A stretch of 63,976 bases of DNA, the filler included, from a bacterium (GTDB lineage: Bacteria; JALSQH01), in NCBI GenBank assembly GCA_027004335.1. It is 10 parts of 10 records of this genome, joined end to end, with 100 filler letters (N's around TTAATTAATTAA, not from the genome) between each part and the next. Parts side by side here need not be neighbours in the genome. Positions count along the whole stretch, not along the records: positions 60,594 to 63,976 come from JALTID010000127.1; 9 more parts are not named here. The stretch is one strand, 5' to 3'. Numbering within the stretch: position 1 is the first letter of the stretch; every line of letters begins with the position of its first letter. Shown piece after piece: positions 60,889-63,976 of this stretch. The notes beneath the pieces are model-generated. The model ran no database searches, was not told where the DNA came from, and worked only from the letters and a program-made list of their open reading frames with translations. A program made the position numbers and the translations under genes.

Positions 60889-62135
60889 TGAATTCAGAAA
60901 AGATAAAAGAAACTCTTGAGGAAGAATTATCAAAGTGTGTGAGATGCGGTGCCTGTAAATATCTGTGTCCAGTTTATCAAGTTGAAAATACGGAGGAATC
61001 ATCCCCAAGAGGAAAGAACTCTCTCCTTCTCCACCTGCTTGAAGGAGATTATGTTGCTGGTGAATTGAGCGATTATCTTACCTCATGTACCCTGTGTGAA
61101 GCGTGCATAAGTGGTTGCCCCAACGATGTTCATCCATACAGGATAGTAATTCTGGGAAGGTCTCTGGCGAAAGAGAAGTCTCCTGAAAAGTATCTGTATA
61201 AGGTTTTTAACTCAAATAAAATTTTATCTACTACTGAGAAGTTTTTAAGAAAACTTCAAAAACAGCTTTTTCTTCCAGATAGCGATCTATATAAGCTCAG
61301 GTGGAGAATAGGAGATGTTGATAAATATCTGCCTCCCTTCCCCGACGGCGATTTTTTTCAAAAGGCTTCTCCTCTGCTTTCTCTCCAGAGTGATTTTAGA
61401 AAAAGGGTGTTATTTTTTGTCGGATGTCTTATCAGGTATATTTATCCCGACACAGGAATTCACCTCGTTGAAATTCTTAACACCCTCGGATGGGGAGTAA
61501 TTGTACCTCAGGAACAAATCTGCTGTGGCTTGCCTGCTCTTTCCTCCGGATTTATGGATGATTTTATAGAGTCACTCAGAAAAAATATTGAAATTTTTAG
61601 TAAATACAGTGACATTGAGTTTATCATTTCAGCATGTGGTTCATGTGAAAACACTCTTAAAAATTATTACACCGAGTTTGCACCTGAGGATATAGCTGAA
61701 AAGGTGAAGGATTTTTCGGGGAAAATTATTGATTTTTCAGAATTTCTTATAAAAGAAGCCAAAGTGAATGAATCTTTTTTTAACAAGGATAAAAGAGTGG
61801 TAACTTATCATGATTCCTGTCATTTAAACAGGGGAATGGGTGTGAGGGAAGAGCCAAGGTTGTTGCTAAAAAGTGCTGGTAATTTCAAAGAAATGCCCGA
61901 GGCAGACCTCTGCTGTGGTTTTGGAGGTTCTTTTTCCATCAAGGAGTATGAGTCTTCCCAAAAAATACTTCAGAGGAAAATGAAAGATGCTGATGAAATT
62001 GCTCCTGATCTGCTTGTAGCCGGGTGTCCCGGATGTGTGCTGCAACTCGGGGAGGGAAGTGTAAAATATTCATCAGGAGAAATAAAAGTTAAGCATATTG
62101 TTGATTATCTTTATGAAGTAATTGTTCCAAAATGA
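60888..62135 (+). CDS. glcF: Fe-S oxidoreductase, GlcF family
   Basis: Two CxxCxxCxxxCP motifs, two CCG domains; TGATG coupling to glcD. Confidence 0.88.
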   Translation: MNSEKIKETLEEELSKCVRCGACKYLCPVYQVENTEESSPRGKNSLLLHLLEGDYVAGELSDYLTSCTLCEACISGCPNDVHPYRIVILGRSLAKEKSPEKYLYKVFNSNKILSTTEKFLRKLQKQLFLPDSDLYKLRWRIGDVDKYLPPFPDGDFFQKASPLLSLQSDFRKRVLFFVGCLIRYIYPDTGIHLVEILNTLGWGVIVPQEQICCGLPALSSGFMDDFIESLRKNIEIFSKYSDIEFIISACGSCENTLKNYYTEFAPEDIAEKVKDFSGKIIDFSEFLIKEAKVNESFFNKDKRVVTYHDSCHLNRGMGVREEPRLLLKSAGNFKEMPEADLCCGFGGSFSIKEYESSQKILQRKMKDADEIAPDLLVAGCPGCVLQLGEGSVKYSSGEIKVKHIVDYLYEVIVPK

Positions 62136-62206
62136 AAAAGAGGAATTTTACCTTGCCTTGACAATAAGATGTTCAAACTGGTATTTTTATAAAAAAGGAG
62201 GAAGTT

Positions 62207-62779
62207 TTGGAGGTAAAAGGGATTCTCATAACCAGTACCAGAGATTATCTTAAAAAGAAATTTGGGGTGGCAATGTGGAATGAATTTGTTGAGACTCTGC
62301 CGAAAGGTATCAGAGAAAAGGCAGATAAACTTCTCCTGCCAGGTGGAATGTATGATTCAGAAATTTATGTTAAGTTAAGTCTTGAAGCAGATAAATTCTT
62401 TGGGGAGGGGGACGGGAAACTGCTTGAAGAAATTGGAGCAGCAACGGCTGACCAATCTATTGAATTATATCATTCTATATTTAAGAGAAAATTAAAAACA
62501 CCTCAGGAAGCTATAACAGGACTTGTACCTTTGCTTGCAAAAATGCTTTTTGAAGAGATGGAAAGCGAAGAGATCAAGGTTGAAGATGGTTATGTGATGT
62601 TCAAATTAAAAGGGCCTTCCCTACATGATCCTGACTTTGCTGAAGTTCTTGCCAGAAGATCCATTGGGTGGATGAAAGAAATTCTATCACTTGTAGGAGT
62701 CATACTAAAAAATAGTAATTTTGATTATAATGATGACTCTCTTAATCCTTATTTGAAATTTGAATTCTGGTGGGAATGA
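62207..62779 (+). CDS. Hypothetical protein, possible H-NOX/V4R-like or DUF2378-like fold
   Basis: AGGAGG RBS plus TTG start; VKG...FG...W, EEIG, GW pattern. Confidence 0.5.
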   Translation: MEVKGILITSTRDYLKKKFGVAMWNEFVETLPKGIREKADKLLLPGGMYDSEIYVKLSLEADKFFGEGDGKLLEEIGAATADQSIELYHSIFKRKLKTPQEAITGLVPLLAKMLFEEMESEEIKVEDGYVMFKLKGPSLHDPDFAEVLARRSIGWMKEILSLVGVILKNSNFDYNDDSLNPYLKFEFWWE

Positions 62780-63210
62780 GATATCTTTTTTCAGCTTGCT
62801 TACTCGGAATAAATTGCAAATATGACGGGAAGAATAATTTAAGAGAAGAGATATTTGATATCTTTAAAAAAGAGGGAGGAATAGTAGTTTGTCCAGAGCA
62901 GCTTGGAGGACTTCCTACCCCGAGAGAACCGGCTCAATTCTATGGTGGCATGGGAAAAGAAGTTTTTGAAGGGAAGGCTAAGCTCAGGAAAATATATTCT
63001 AATGAGGATGTAACTGAAAATTTTATAAGAGGAGCGAAAGAAGTTTTGCATCTTGCAAAAATTGCAGGAGTAAAGGAAGCATTTCTCAAGGATAAAAGTC
63101 CCTCTTGCGGCGTAAGCCATGTTTATCTTGGTGGGGAACTTGTAGATGGCATGGGTGTGACGGCATTTCTTTTGATGGAACATGGAATAATAGTACATGG
63201 GGTAAAATGA
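62776..63210 (+). CDS. DUF523 family protein (TudS-like thiouracil desulfidase)
   Basis: SACLLG-x-x-CKYDG, CPEQLGGLPTPR, KSPSCG, GMGVTA. Confidence 0.9.
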   Translation: MRYLFSACLLGINCKYDGKNNLREEIFDIFKKEGGIVVCPEQLGGLPTPREPAQFYGGMGKEVFEGKAKLRKIYSNEDVTENFIRGAKEVLHLAKIAGVKEAFLKDKSPSCGVSHVYLGGELVDGMGVTAFLLMEHGIIVHGVK

Positions 63211-63976
63211 GATTTTTTTTGAGAAGACTTCTCCTTCTTATTCCCACTTTGTGGGGAGTTGTAACTCTTGTTTTTCTTCTGATCCATATTACTCCGGGGG
63301 ATCCCGTGGAGATCATGTTAGGAGAAAATGCTCTCCTCGCAGATAAGACGCAATTGAGACATCAATTGGGACTGGATAAACCTTTCATGGTGCAGTATGT
63401 GGATTACTTTAAAAAGCTTGCAAAGTTTGATCTTGGGGAATCCATTTTTTACAGAGAAAAGGTGGAAAAGGTGATTCTGGAAAGGTATCCTGCCACGATT
63501 ATCCTTGCAGTTCTCTCAATGATCGTGGCGATATTTTTTGCAATTCCTCCTGGGATCTATGCTGCTGTGAAAAAGTATTCTTTTTGGGATAACTTAACAG
63601 CGGTTATGTCACTGATAGGAGTTTCTCTACCAAGTTTTTTTCTGGGACCTCTTTTGATCTTAATTTTTTCTCTGAAAATCGGATGGTTCCCCGTCTCAGG
63701 TAGAAGCGGGCTCCTCAGTTATGTCCTTCCATCTATTACCCTTGGATCAGCTATGGCTGCAATTTTAACAAGAATGACCCGGACCTCTTTAATTTCTACT
63801 CTTGATCAGCAGTATGTAACTACCGCAAAAGCTAAGGGATTGCCATTCTGGCAAATAGTTGTAGAGCATGCTCTTAGAAATGCCCTGATCCCAGTGGTAA
63901 CCATAATGGGTTTGCAATTTGGTGCACTGCTTTCAGGAGCTGTAATAACCGAGACCATATTCAGCTGGCCCGGGAT
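63207..63976 (+). CDS. Peptide/nickel ABC transporter permease, DppB/NikB family; runs off the window edge
   Basis: Not in the ORF track. MRFFLRRLLLLIPTLWGV...PGDPV...LGLDKP...DLGES...YVTTAKAKGL...HALRNAL...ETIFSWPG. Confidence 0.93.
   Translation, partial: MRFFLRRLLLLIPTLWGVVTLVFLLIHITPGDPVEIMLGENALLADKTQLRHQLGLDKPFMVQYVDYFKKLAKFDLGESIFYREKVEKVILERYPATIILAVLSMIVAIFFAIPPGIYAAVKKYSFWDNLTAVMSLIGVSLPSFFLGPLLILIFSLKIGWFPVSGRSGLLSYVLPSITLGSAMAAILTRMTRTSLISTLDQQYVTTAKAKGLPFWQIVVEHALRNALIPVVTIMGLQFGALLSGAVITETIFSWPG

Overview
This window is not one locus. It holds ten draft-assembly contigs joined by 100-nt N-TTAATTAATTAA-N linkers, so gene context is valid only within a contig. The source is an AT-rich Gram-negative bacterium whose gene content looks deltaproteobacterial/myxobacteria-like (inference). 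Most genes are housekeeping or metabolic: glmM, rseP-dxr-plsB, two-subunit pyruvate carboxylase, kup, trxB, ade-hpt, rsmI-fabH-rimI-pyrK-pyrD, mreBCD, dapB/dapL/folK, a glycosyltransferase cluster, glcD/glcF and a DppB-type permease. There are also several uncharacterised lipoproteins and one rve/DDE insertion sequence. I saw no rRNA, tRNA or CRISPR array. Best leads: (1) an ERCC4 nuclease fused to an apparently inactive nucleotidyltransferase-like domain; (2) an Omp85-like barrel, a signal-peptide-bearing YidD-like protein and two proteins sharing an LSIIPG-x-x-QV-x-LG motif in one cluster; (3) a Dif-like chemosensory cluster with a sensor-less MCP; (4) two divergent promoter pairs that appear to share one palindromic TTGCAA -35 box; (5) an A16 tract that frameshifts the 5' end of a TrmH-family gene; (6) a glmM 3' end replaced by a foreign F-type lectin fragment. 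All family calls are by motif recognition; no database search was run.
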